Source of the DNA: Trichosphaerium sp. ATCC 40318
Taxonomy: Eukaryota; Protista; Tubulinea
DNA: 64,000 nucleotides
Assembly (NCBI GenBank): GCA_038496445.1
Contig: JALMLS010000621.1
Coordinates: 112,064 to 176,063, forward strand
Direction of reading: 5' to 3'
Numbering within the stretch: position 1 is the stretch's first letter; each line of letters opens with the position of its first letter. The notes under the pieces are model-generated. The model did no database searches and had not been told where the DNA came from. It was given only the letters and a program-made list of their open reading frames with translations. The position numbers were made by a program, and so were the translations under genes. Shown piece by piece: positions 52,026-64,000 of the stretch.

Positions 52026-53999
52026 ATGTCTGTAGTAGTAAATGGTTAGTTTTTTTTTTTTACCGTTTTTGTTTAGGCTTTTAGTATTTAGAATATTCAT
52101 GTGAACACTCTTCTAGATACACAAATTGTAGAACAACCTGAAGGAATTACTAATCAAGGTCAGGAAATTGAAAAATTAGACCTAAATACTCAGGCGGGTG
52201 CTACAACAACCCAAGAAAATCAAGTTGGGTTGGAGTCACAAAATCAGGTAGTTTTTTTTTTTTGTTCCGAAAAGGAATTAAATTACTAACTACCTCGTTT
52301 GGGTTAGGACCAGGAAAAACCCGGGTTAGAAAGCACTCAACAATCGGAAGCGACAGAGCATGTGAATACCATCAAAGATCAAATAGCACGCAATAAGAAA
52401 ACAAGGGCAGATAAAGGCCTCAGGCCTGAACAGGCACGTTTTGCAGCGTTTTTTTTGTACCCACAATCGTAGGTATTCGCATTTAGGGAGAACTAGTTTT
52501 GTCCGCATTTACAAGTTTTTGGACTAAACAAAGATTACCACTTACAAAAAGAGCAGATAGCCGATGAACAAAAGCGCCTTGCGCAAGTTGAAGCAAATAA
52601 ACGAGCCAAGGAGAAATTACAGAAGCGGATATCAGAAAATGTTGCCAAAAAGAAAGCGGAAAAAGAGGTAATATCCCATTTTGTAAAGGTTTGCGTGTCA
52701 TCGTAACAAAGTTGTACACAGGCCAGCCAATACAGTCCACGGGAAGATACAGGGTCTGTGTCAAACCTGAAGCTCATAATAGACAAGAACAAACAGCTAA
52801 AGGCGGAAAGGAGCCAAGCAGAACGGGAAGCTTCAATGGCCAAATATCAAGAGCAGCTAGCAGCTGAAGAGCGTGCTTCACATACACTAAAGGCGCAAAT
52901 TGAAGCTAACAGAAAAGCAAAATCGACCAAAGAGGAAGCGCAAAACGCTGAATCAATGGCCCGGTATCAAGAACAACTCGTTGCCGAAGATGAAGCCAAG
53001 CAACGACTAAAGCGCATTATCGAAGAAAGTAAGAAAGCTAACCAATCTGCAAAACATGCCGCTGAGCAAGCAACGTTAAGACAGTATCAAGAGCAGCTCA
53101 ACAGAGAGGAGGACGCAATAGTAGCGCTTAAACAGCGTATAGCAGCAAATAAAACAGCAAAAAGTCAGGATCCGGATCAAATCGCCAGCCTGGCGAGATA
53201 CCAGGAACAGCTCGCATCAGAGGAATCTGCGGTGGTGTCTCTCAAAGAACGCATTGCGGCTAACAAAGCAGCATCTGCTGCAAAAGAAGAGGCTACTGGA
53301 TGGGATAGCTATCAACAAAGTATGGCTGCCGAAGAACAGGCACTGGCTTCAATACGCCAGAGAATTGCACAAAACAAAGAAAGGACTAGTGCTGTTAAAC
53401 AGCAACATGAAGAAGCAATGATGGCAAGGCACCAAGAGCAACTCAAACAGGAAGAAGAAGCGTCTGCGGCTCTCAAAAAGCGCATTGCAGCGAATAAGGC
53501 AGCTAGTAACAAGCAAGAGACCGAGGCTGCGAAAATGGTGCGTTATCAAGCACAGCTGGATGCCGAGGAGGCAGCATTCACGGCGCTCAAGGAGCGGATT
53601 GCAGCTAATAAGAAAGCTAGCAACCGTTCGCAAGCTGAACAACAATCGGCTATGATGGCACGGTACCAAGAACAACTGGCTAATGAGGAGCAAGCAATGC
53701 AGACTTTGAAAAATCGTATTGCTACAAACAAAGAAGCAAGCAGCGCGAGTAAAGAGAGAGAACAAGCTGAACAAATGCGTAGATACCAAGAGCAATTGGC
53801 AGCAGAAGAAGAGGCAATAAATGCAATCAAACAGCGTATTGCAAACAACAAGCAGGCAAACGATGGATTTGAACAAAAACACCAGGCTGCAATGATGCAA
53901 CGCTACGAAGACCAACTAGCAGCAGAACAAGAATCTATAAACCGTCTAAAGAGCGTCATTGCAGAGAACAAGGCCAATAAAACAACAACAGACGAATAA
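52026..53999 (+). CDS. Alpha-helical/coiled-coil protein with 10 tandem ~39-aa repeats
   Basis: Consensus MARYQEQLAAEEEAxxALKxRIAANKxA repeated 10 times in the 1.28 kb last exon. Short 5' exons from ATG 52026. Confidence 0.85.
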
Positions 54000-54054
54000 T
54001 TTGTTTTCTCGAGAAAACAACGTGTTTTTTTATTGCCTGCGGTCACCACGTTAT

Positions 54055-57000
54055 TTACTGCTTATACTTTTGGCTCTCATATTCCCTATTGAGCTTGTGT
54101 CCGTTGAGGTAACGGAAATTGTGTTTGACATATGGCATTGAATTCCAGCCAAAGAGTAGTACATTACCAATAAAAGGTCTCATGATGAGGGCAACAATCG
54201 CAATGCCACATCCCCAGAAGAGTGCCAGTGTCTGCATAAGAAAAAAAAAACCTTTAGGGACGAATAGACCTCATAATGTACAAAAAGTCGTACCACACGT
54301 GCTACATTGAATAGCAAGAGATTGTTGAGGAGCACCACAGCGTACGTTGTGAATTTTTCGATTTTCTTCTGACCTTCTTCTTCATTCGGATTGCTAGGTC
54401 CAAACATAAGCCATTCATTTCACATGGTTTCAGCCTTTATAAGGGCTGTACGTACTGTAGGATAGTGGCTTTGAGGACGACAATATCACAGACGAGTGCC
54501 TTGAACGCGGAGAGTATTTTTTGTCCAAGGAGAAGCGGTATGAAGAAGTTACCAAAATTCCAAAGGCCGTATTTTGAGTACTCCACCACCTGCCAGATAA
54601 AAACGGCTACACATCGACTCATGTTAGTTTATGGACAAGAGATGATAGCGTACCAAGCATTACGACTTGCGTAATGAATCTCAAGGGCGTGACAAATGCG
54701 AAGAAGAAGTATCTAAAAATGATGAACAGACCTGCCTGCATCAGAACAAAGGCGCCCATGAACACCAACCAGAATTGCATGTGAGGATACACGAAGAAAT
54801 ACGATGCCTACAGTACAGTGAGTTGTTGACGTTTGATGTGGGTGTGGTAGATAATGTTGAGTGACGTACGCCACACCAAAAACATAGCCATCCGAAATCT
54901 ACGAAAAAGCTGACAACAGCGCCTAATTTAGTTGAAGGAAGCCCTTCAGTGTCCTTGACAGCCCAGAATTCAGACCAGTCACTGAGAGTCTAGACAGGGC
55001 AGGTTAGATGGAATAAATGAAGCGCGTGATAGAATGGTTGTTCGCACCTTTTGGGTTGGAGGCACCCACTCCTTGTAAGACACTTCGCGTTTGATATTAG
55101 ACGTCCAAATAATGAATTCGCGTATGTCCTCAACCAAATCTACACAATCCAGAAATTAGAAAAAGAATACATAATTTGACCACGCAAGCAGGTGCCAGTA
55201 CAACAGTGCATGCGTACCGAGCAGAGTATTTCGTCGCAATGTGGGGTTGAATATCTAGCAGGAAGCAGGTTGTTAGCGTTGACGTTAGGGATTGTAGTGC
55301 AAGACACATCAGTACCATTGGCGCCAGGAATATGGACAAGATGAGAACGAATATCATGATTAGAGGCAAGTTTCCACCATGTAGAGATGTCGACACACTT
55401 GACGTTGATGTAATTAGTCGAGTGTTAACATGACTGTGTTGTACCTGATGTAAGTGATGACAATGAGAAGGATATCGAATGTTGGGTATATGTGCGTTAT
55501 GGCGTAGTTCTCGAACAGATCAACAAAGGAAGACCTGTAAATGGCGAGTCCACGGCCAGTGTTGATGTGTGCTGGTGAATAGGCGTGGGTAAACTATGTT
55601 AAGGGTACAGTAGCGTACCTCCTCTTCCGGTGTGTATTGATCGTACAAAAGCCATATATTTAGTCTGTGACTGAAATAGATAGATTATTGTCGAAAGAGG
55701 GACGAACAACAACGTCTGAAGGATGCCCATAAACAGTCCATATTCTACCTAAAGGCAAGGATAAATGAGAACAACATTGGTAACTGCTTGCTGTGTGACG
55801 TACAAAGAACTCTACAACGAGAGGGATGACGGTAGAGTAACCAGCATGTATCAGCCACTCTGAACCAAACATCACTATTCAAATGTCAACGACGTATCGG
55901 ATGGGGAGGGGCACAAAGTAGGAACGTACTGTGCGAGTAAGCTCTTAAGGATTCGCCTTGAAGGGACAGTAGCAATAAAGTCATCAAGTACCACTGTTTG
56001 TTATTGGTTAGTTCAGAGAGTATTAGGTTGGAGGCAGCGTAAGTACCTTGATTGAGAACATCATTATCGCTATCGTTGTGAAATGACCTGATATGCCAAA
56101 GAAGAATAAGAACCTGTGAATAAAGTCGAGACGGTCCATCAGCGCATATGTGTCACGTGATCTCATAATGCCCGGATTTCCCAACGAAATCTTAGCGTCG
56201 AAGGTGGACATATTTGCCAATCCGGTCTCACGTCCTAGATGCAAAAGACGTTTAGCAAGCCAAATGATGCGCTTCTTAATTTGTTTCTATGTACCTTTGA
56301 AGACTTGCATGTGTTCCAGATGTTTTGTGTGTTCGCTGTACTTTTTGGCTTCTATGCCAGCGAATACATCCTCCGACACGTGTATATCTGGCGAACACTT
56401 GCTCAACCCAAAGTGCGCTGTTGCCCAAGGTGCTAAAAGAGTGTCAACCTCAAACAGCCAGAAGGTGAGTTTACCGTGGAATACATCTGGATGGCCGTAG
56501 TGCAGACGGACGCCGAGATCAGAGTATATACGAAGAACCTACAGAAATGGTTGTAAGATATGAGATAATAAATAATACTGATGAATCTTTTCTTTTTTTT
56601 GTAGCTCTTACGATTGTACCAAAAGACCATTCTTGGTATGCATGGCATTTTGCGACTGTGCCCATCTCCTTGATTGACGTTGAGACACTTGGATGTTTTG
56701 TTCATTAATGATGGGTACCTTTGTGAAGATGTACTCGCGACTTCCAATGATACGATATCGCACTTTGGACCCACCTAGGCTTCGTCACATTCAAGCGGGG
56801 TTGTGAATATCAATTGAATTACCTTCTTTCAGTTTAAAGTCGTTGAGCAGAAGAGGCATCTAGGCAACAACTCTTAATAACCACGGAAATTCTGTACAGA
56901 ACGAATTACCTTGAGATACTCTGGTGCATCAGCACCTTGATTGGCATCCAGCACTTGGATGAAATTGGCCCAGGCAAAGGTCATGCCATTGCTCTGGTTC

Positions 57001-60000
57001 ATTGATTTACCCTGGACTGTTCTTTTGTTCGGTGCGGAAACACGGAGTTTGTACTGTCGTGGAAGGAACGATTCGACACATATCTTGTTATTTCTCTATC
57101 CTATCGGTTAGTAACGCTGTTTTTAAGAAAAGGGTCCTTGGCCACAAGCGTACATGATCCCACGACAATAGGCATGTTGCAAAGTCGTAAGCTCTAGGTA
57201 TTGCATTGAAGGTGGCTCTGTGTGCCTTGGCCAGCTTATTCATTTCTGCCCTCTCAAAGTTGATGACGATCTAGTACTCAATTAGAACAAGATCGGTGCC
57301 ACCTTGCTTTTAAAGGAGCATCACGTACACGTAGACTCTTGTACTTTCTGAGAAAGTAGTGGTACGATTCAGAGTCTTGTCCAAAAGTTTCTACATAACG
57401 CTGTGCCGCCAATATAACTTGAGCTTTTGGAGGGGAGTGAGTCTAGTTCATTGGCTCCTACTATCAGCGTACCTTTTGAGGCGGCATAGCGTTCTGCATT
57501 CTCCCAACGCTTTGCTTCATTACGATTCTCCCAATCTTGGGTGTAGGCGAGGAGTGTAAGTGCATGATAGTATGAATCTGCGCCTTGAATAGTTTTTTCT
57601 ACATACTGTTTTTGGTTAGTCAACACCCACTGATAGCTTCACAACGGGGTCCCGGTAACAAGACGGATTCGTACCTGATCTCGGTAACACATCCAGGTCG
57701 TAGCCTCTTCAATCAGCCATTTGTACCATCGTTCCTATAATGATAATGGGTTGGTGTAAAAGAGACAAAAAGTGAGGAGGGACAAGGTTTACCTTTTGAG
57801 GGTTGCCCTTGAACTTATCTGAAAATTGCCATTGCGTGTACTTGTCCATGATAATGTGTTCAAGTTGCTCCACAGTTTCCTTGTCAGCGTCCTTGTGATT
57901 ACCGACGCGCTCCTTGAAGTTGAGCCACATTTCAGGATATCTAGAGACCATGTGTTCAAACTCGTCCTGGTGGTGGTCACGACATAAGTAATCAAATACA
58001 ATTTGCGGTTGTGCCTCATTTGGCTCTCGCTTGACGTACTCTAAACTGCCATTTGAATCTTAATTTATCCGCGTATGTTGGAATGAGAATATTCAGCGAA
58101 GGTATCTTCTCAATTGGTAGTATGCGACCTTGCAAACGTGTTAGAAGCAGTACAAACTTTGTTGGTATATCATTCATCATTTTTAAGTGTTTTCAGTGCA
58201 GACGGACGTCGAACTGACCTGCAGGTTGTTGTAATTGCAATGAAGAAAGCCAGAATGAGATGTGTTGTTTCGCGCTAGGTGACGGTTTGAGCGCAAGTAA
58301 TAACAATCTTTTTATAGCGCTGTGTGGGTGCGTACTCATGAGAGACGATCTTGGATGAGTCGATGATCCATTTTCCGTCCTTGGCTCCCTTTAATCCAAG
58401 CAACTTTTCGCGTTCTAAATCTGAAATGTAATCCTGGAGGTTGATGGTAAGTATTGAGTGCGAGAACCCAAATAGAAGCAGCACCTTGGCACGCCATTTG
58501 TCAACGACCCAGAGCCAAATACACTCTGCCATCTCTTGTGCAACGTCTGTACCACTCTCTTGAGAGCTAGCGACCATTTTGGCCAGTACGTCTTCTGGTA
58601 GTAATTTGAGTTTAATAGAAGAAAACAATTCGCTGTGAGTCAGCTTAATGTTCATGGATGGTCCCTGTGTCTGGTAGCCTCTCACCCAACCAGCTAGCGA
58701 AAGTACTACAATGAATGCCAGCTAATGGCGTAAGCGGTAGCACTAATTTACGTGTTTGTGTACGCCGTAGTCCATGGCAATTGCAAGAGCTATCGTAGAG
58801 CCAACTACAAATGTTGTCATCTAATAGCCGTAAATATTCTTGAGTACTTGTGGTAAACAATAATTCTTACGTAACATAATAGATACTGTGTATCCAACCT
58901 AGGCAAATCCATAAGATTATGACATGTCTTGGTAAATGGCTTTTTTCTGCGTGCCAGCTAGCGTAGTGGCCAGTAGTTTGTGTGCTCCCATGAAATCCGC
59001 AGAGCTCGCCGTTGACTACTGTGCTTATGGAGGGTACTATCAATCCGTATTCGTACGCCTGTCAGAAGTCAGAACCACGAATAAATTAAGAATTTTAAAA
59101 TAGTTTTCTTAAGGCGGGGGTACCATAGTTGTGATAACGATTACACAAAAGAAAACCACGCGGAAGAAGTATCGCTTCTTCCAAGAGCACATGCCGGAAC
59201 ATTTGGCCTAAATCAAACCGTTTTTAGCTTTTACTTCATGTTGCAACGCTAGAGACTCACATCTTGTGCAGTGCCGGAAGGAGAGAACGGAAAGGACTCT
59301 GGGATGAGGCACACCACAATGCGGACTATTAAGTAGTATGGTCCAAACTTGACCAGGGACCAGTGGAACCGCACAAGCACACTCTGAGATTTGATGTCCT
59401 TTGGCGGAAAAACAGCAGCGCCCAGAGCTAGAATAACAACCGCGCCTAACGTGGTGACAATAAGTACCAAATCGTTCCAGAATAGCACGCACTCAGCGGT
59501 GGAATCAACTTGAGGAATAGCCGTGCACGAAGGAAATTATCCATGCGCTTGAAGAAATTGACTCGGAAAAGCGCAAACCGCAATATCCAGTCGTTCAGAA
59601 CGAACAACAAGCACACGATCATATCAACCAAAGTGAAGAGTGCAATACCTACAGTAGAAGTTGAGCGTTTACTATAAGTTGTTGTATCAGCAGTGAGTAC
59701 CCTGGAATGGAAAACCAGCAATGTTGACAGTCATGAAATCCAGTTTTGTAAAATTAACAAGCCAGTTTAGTTTCTTAATGCACATCATGAGGAGTACGAA
59801 GATATTATGTATGGTAACTTACTGACTCGTACGTGAAGTAGAGCATTGCAACACACCACATTTTGAACATGATGAAGCTGTCACAATACTTTAAAATTAA
59901 AAAGTACAAACTCCATTTAGGTGGCTCGATATACGTCTTTTTGATCTCCTGTAGGTTAAACCTTCCGCACTCATCAATGTCATCCAATCACGGTATCAGT

Positions 60001-61375
60001 ATTAAGCACCAAACACAAGCTCTCGTACCGAAATTGAGTTTATCATCTCCTACATACAGTGTCAGTGGTTAAGGAGACGTGATTTTGAAGTAAACCAACA
60101 GCACCTTTGATGAATTCAGCAATGCCCTTCTTCACTTCAGGTACATCAACGTGTGGTGGTACAATAGATCCTTTATTGCTTGGCCTAGCGCCTTCTCTAG
60201 GGGAAGGGGGCTTGTAAATCAGGTGACTTTAATGCCATTGTATTAGCAGAGATACAAAACGATGGAGGGCGTGCATTAGCTTGTTTGTATCTGAGAAATA
60301 GTTGTTGTTTTTTGCAGCATTTCTGTGCATGTGAAACAATTGGACTATGCGGCCAGGACATGTGCGCACGTGTTCTGATAATCCCTACAGTTGAAGTATA
60401 TATGTGAATGGATTTTTAGTGATGTTATTGTTACCCAAATAGTTTCGTAGAGTATCTAACCGACGGTTATTTAATCCACACAATACAGATAATGTAAATT
60501 GCAAGCGTCAGAAGAAAAGCTGCTTACCAAATCGCGGAGCTTGGCTTGTTCGTCCTTATCCAAACCTCCATTGGTGTAAAAGTCTCTATGAATGTATATT
60601 AAGCGGCAAAAAGGGGGTTCGAATGGCGGAGCGGTACCTGGTCTTCGCTTCTTTTGGATAATGCGTCTTTAGCCAGTGGAAGTATCCAGCTGCTTGAAAT
60701 ATTTGTATCCATTCTGCGCTTATTTGCGATTTTAAAGCTTCCATATCTTCACGAACGTCTCCAAATTTTTTCTTGTACTTGTCAACCGCAATATCGAAAC
60801 TTTTGTGTATCTGTTCCCGATTCAGCTAGGCACCTAGAGTTAGGTACCGCCTAATATGATAGCATCGCACCCATTCTGTGTTGTTGCTGGCAGCGTCACC
60901 TTGTAATCGCATGTTGTCTCGACCCTTTTAGGTGGTAATTAATTACGTGTTGCGCGCACGGTTCTCGAGTTTTCAAGACAAACCTGTACTCCATCTATAG
61001 GCAATCTTTCCACAGCTCCATCACCCACGTGTTTCTGTCTTGGGCTTAGTGATTGCTCTTAAAGTGTAATGGAGTCATACCGACCGTCTACGAGCCTTCT
61101 TTTGTTTTTTACGCATAATTCTGTTGCCATTCTCCATGTCTTCAGATTTACCATATGCTTTATCCCCTATGTCCAATGACACGGCCTATCGCAAATCAGA
61201 AAACGGTGTTGAAGTTTCACGCACGGTCGAGTGTCGAGAACGTCTTCTTGCCTTGTGGTTTTCGTTAGTGCAGCTACAAACTATTGTCGTACGCGCTTGG
61301 TAGCGGGTAGCTGTTTTTACCGTCGTGGTCGTTAGGTATTAGCAACCTGTCTTGAGCATGCCTGGTGCCTGCCAT
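54055..61375 (-). CDS. Divergent 1,3-beta-glucan/callose synthase (GT48, FKS1/GSL family); start uncertain
   Basis: DDIDE...KKTYIE, YPEMWLNFKERV, QGKSMNQ, VLDANQ, IIGSREYIFT, QEWSFGT, RLHYGHPDVF, SEDVFAG, KGRETG and ATGRG in canonical order, with multi-TM regions on both sides. Confidence 0.88.
58899..58954 (-). other. GC-AG intron
   Basis: GCACGC...CCTAG mirrors the local GTACGC donor. Removal puts the downstream exons in frame (ASW|LDTQYLLCY|MTTF). Confidence 0.6.
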
Positions 61376-63412
61376 CGGTATTTTCTGAAACACGTGTTTA
61401 TTTTCAGGTGTAGCTTGTCTTCACACAACGAATTTTGGATATGGTGTAGCTGTTTGTTACAGATATAATTGGATTGGTACGAATTGACAAGTATTGACTT
61501 GATAAACCACAATGAGCGTATAAGATTGACTGTATAAGCGCTAGCGAGAAAATTTAGCCAAATTCTCACGGCATTATCACGTGATGTCGGATAAAGTGAC
61601 TAGGCCTCATACGCTTATTTATGCGTAGAAAAGGAGACCTAGCGTATTTACAAGGTCGTTTGTGGAGTTATACCAGAAAGGGGATATTATAACTTCTTAC
61701 ATGAGTTTTCGCTCAACCTTAACACCTCAATGACAACAGCTACAAAGAGAGTACATTACGACGCACTAAAATTACGTAAAAATTTCCAAAGTCCAACGCT
61801 TTTACGTGCGCTTCATGATACCTACACACCTTTACCACGTAATTACACATCACCTTGGTATTTTAGACCAAATGGCTCTTTAACAGTTTTGTTTAATACC
61901 AAATTTCACGCCTGTATACGTTGTATTGGCATCTCTGCAGATAAACAACACCAACAGATAACATGTCTTTTCTGTACAGTTTCAAATTATTTTTGTTTTG
62001 ATTCCTATTTACATTTTTGACACTATGTAGTAAACAACAGCAATAAAAATGTTCTTTGTTTCTGAAACAAAGAAATATGTAAATTCCCTGCTTGTAATTG
62101 GTTTTCTACATTGTAAAGTTATCATCCTTGTCATGATTGTCACTTATATTGGTATTTCTTTAGTAATAGCACTGCCATTGTAAAGAGGATGCAAATTAAT
62201 GTCTTTATCAGGGCTAAACAAGGCTTTGCCTTAAATATAAAGGCATTTTTCAAAATCAAGCATTCATGGCAAAAATCAGGCATTCAAAAATGTCAAATGC
62301 CTAATTTTGCAAAGGCAATAGCAACAAAAAGAAAAGCAAGCATTGAAATAAAGCTTTATTGGGCATTGTCTTAATTGTTGCAATGGTTTGTTTTTTTTTA
62401 GACAATGCCTGCCCTAGTTTTTTTATGCATTGCCAGCCTTAAATTTACAGGCAATAACTAGGCATTGGTTGTGTACACATTGTACATTAATGGTACATTG
62501 GTTTAAGGTAAGTTTCCACCACACCAACACTTTCTGACATTTTTTTCCATTTACTACTGACAATTTATATAGACAATATCACCACACACTTTAGTATTTT
62601 ATGGTTTCTAATGAAAGTATTGTAATTTGAACCACAGCACCCAAATGCATCTATGACAGGAGTACAGGTACTTTACACCATTTTTCAGTCCATGAAAAGT
62701 ATACCAATAATTTGTTAATTTTTTTTTCTAGCTAGGGGTGATCCCAAATAGTAATCCAGCGATTCCAAATAGTAATGGATCACTTTTTGGAATTGCAGGT
62801 TTACTATTTCAAAGTACACGCATTTTATGGAGAATGCGTGTATCTGTTGTACTAAATAAAGCAAGCCTCACATGATACAAATGAAGTCATTGAGTCCTTT
62901 CATACTTTCTTTTACTTTTATTTGTCTGTGTTGCATCAAGCGACCCAATCGCAGATACATTGATGTCAAAAGGGTTTACATAGGAGTTGCACCTACCACT
63001 CTCAATGGGAAGACAGGATGCCACCTATTAGGCGGACCATAATTGTGCAGTTATGACCCAGCTGCCTGAAAGGAGTGATCAGGTCAAGTTGTAAAAGCTG
63101 ACCAAGTTTGTTGATGGTTGATAATAATGTTAGCTGGGATGAGCGCTTGCAGGCGCTCATATTTGTATTTGTGATGAATAAACGTCAGGAACATGTGCTG
63201 TCACTGTGTTGAATAGAGTTATATTCCAGCCAGACAATTTTGAGAATCACCAAAAACTCAATTTGTTGCTTGGTTTGAGTTTACCTAAGTTGTTTAGTGT
63301 TAAAGTTGTATTTGAAAGATAGTTTAAGCGTAAAGTGTAGAATAGAGATGAGATTGGCCAAAGAAGAATTGAATAAAGACCAACAGTGGTGGAATCGGAC
63401 AGAACACGAATC

Positions 63413-63637
63413 GCACGTTTTGGGCACGTTTTGGGCACGTTTATTTTCCATGCAAAAGACACGTTTTGGACACGTTTTGGGCACGTTTTTTTCCCACGCA
63501 AAAGGCACGTTTCTCTTCCACATGCTGGCCACGCAAATCGCACGTTTTGGACACGTTTTGGGCACGTTTATTATCTACGTTTTGGGCACGTTTTAGGCAC
63601 GTTTATTTTCCACGTTTTGGGCACGTTTTGGGCACGC
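63413..63637. repeat. Minisatellite-like cluster of 11-nt CACGTTTTGG(G/A) units
   Basis: About 14 CACGTTT copies in groups of 2-3 separated by short spacers, in a gene-free region. Confidence 0.9.
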
Positions 63638-64000
63638 ATAAAACACCACTTTATAGAGGAAAAGAAAATAACGATTTATTACGATACATAACACATAACA
63701 ATTACAAAGAGGTTTGGTACAATTATTACAAACTTTACATAAAACTATCCCCACATAAACAATACCCAGTTTATATCAACCAACTTCATGTTTTTGCCAT
63801 TTTACCTGCTTTTTTCACCAATCCTGCCTTATCGTAAATACTTAAGCAAGAACTTACCTAATTAGGCAAAATCTCAAATCCAATAATCGTCTTTAAAAGA
63901 GGTTTAGTGGAGTTATTGAGCCATAATATCCTTAAACTACCCTAAATACCTATTTTCTATCGTTTTGCCTAAAAGGGGCACCGAACCCCAAACCACCACG

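Noticed and set aside
53312-53915. Antisense ORFs over the coiled-coil gene
   Set aside because: Shadow of GCA/GAA/CAA-rich codons.
56433-56474. Apparent 14-aa insertion after HYGHPDVFH in the glucan synthase
   Set aside because: It is a 42-nt stop-free GT-AG intron, and removal restores canonical spacing.
61576-61700. CDEI-like RTCACGTG suggesting a point centromere
   Set aside because: No very AT-rich CDEII or CDEIII follows.
63247-63837. Overlapping ORFs in several frames
   Set aside because: By-product of the stop-free 11-nt minisatellite.

Overview
Gene-dense, AT-rich eukaryotic (protist-like) genomic DNA in the standard genetic code. Most genes carry many short (mostly ~40-60 nt) spliceosomal introns with GTACG/GTAAG/GTGCG donors, so the ORF track fragments almost every gene. 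I can support 13 genes: a Cdc123/R2K-like ATP-grasp (partial), an At5g48340-like protein, a ~26 kb giant secreted SdrD-B-repeat protein, a pseudokinase, a GPI-anchored surface protein, an LRR protein, plant-type FKBP12, AP180/ANTH, IDI1, an AVT-type amino-acid permease, a Zn2Cys6 factor, a coiled-coil repeat protein and a divergent GT48 beta-glucan synthase. A gene-free tail holds a CpG-void block and a CACGTTTTGGG minisatellite. The standout is the giant gene at 3907-30185. It has a bacterial-type adhesin head, about 45 Ca-binding SdrD-B-like domains arranged in a 5-domain super-repeat, and a C-terminal GDPH/Root_cap-VWD-like domain. Its exons are near-identical between super-repeats while the introns between them are unrelated, and one copy carries a 1-nt frameshift. 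Exon boundaries and family assignments were made by eye and from recalled motifs, with no database searches. The taxon is unresolved.
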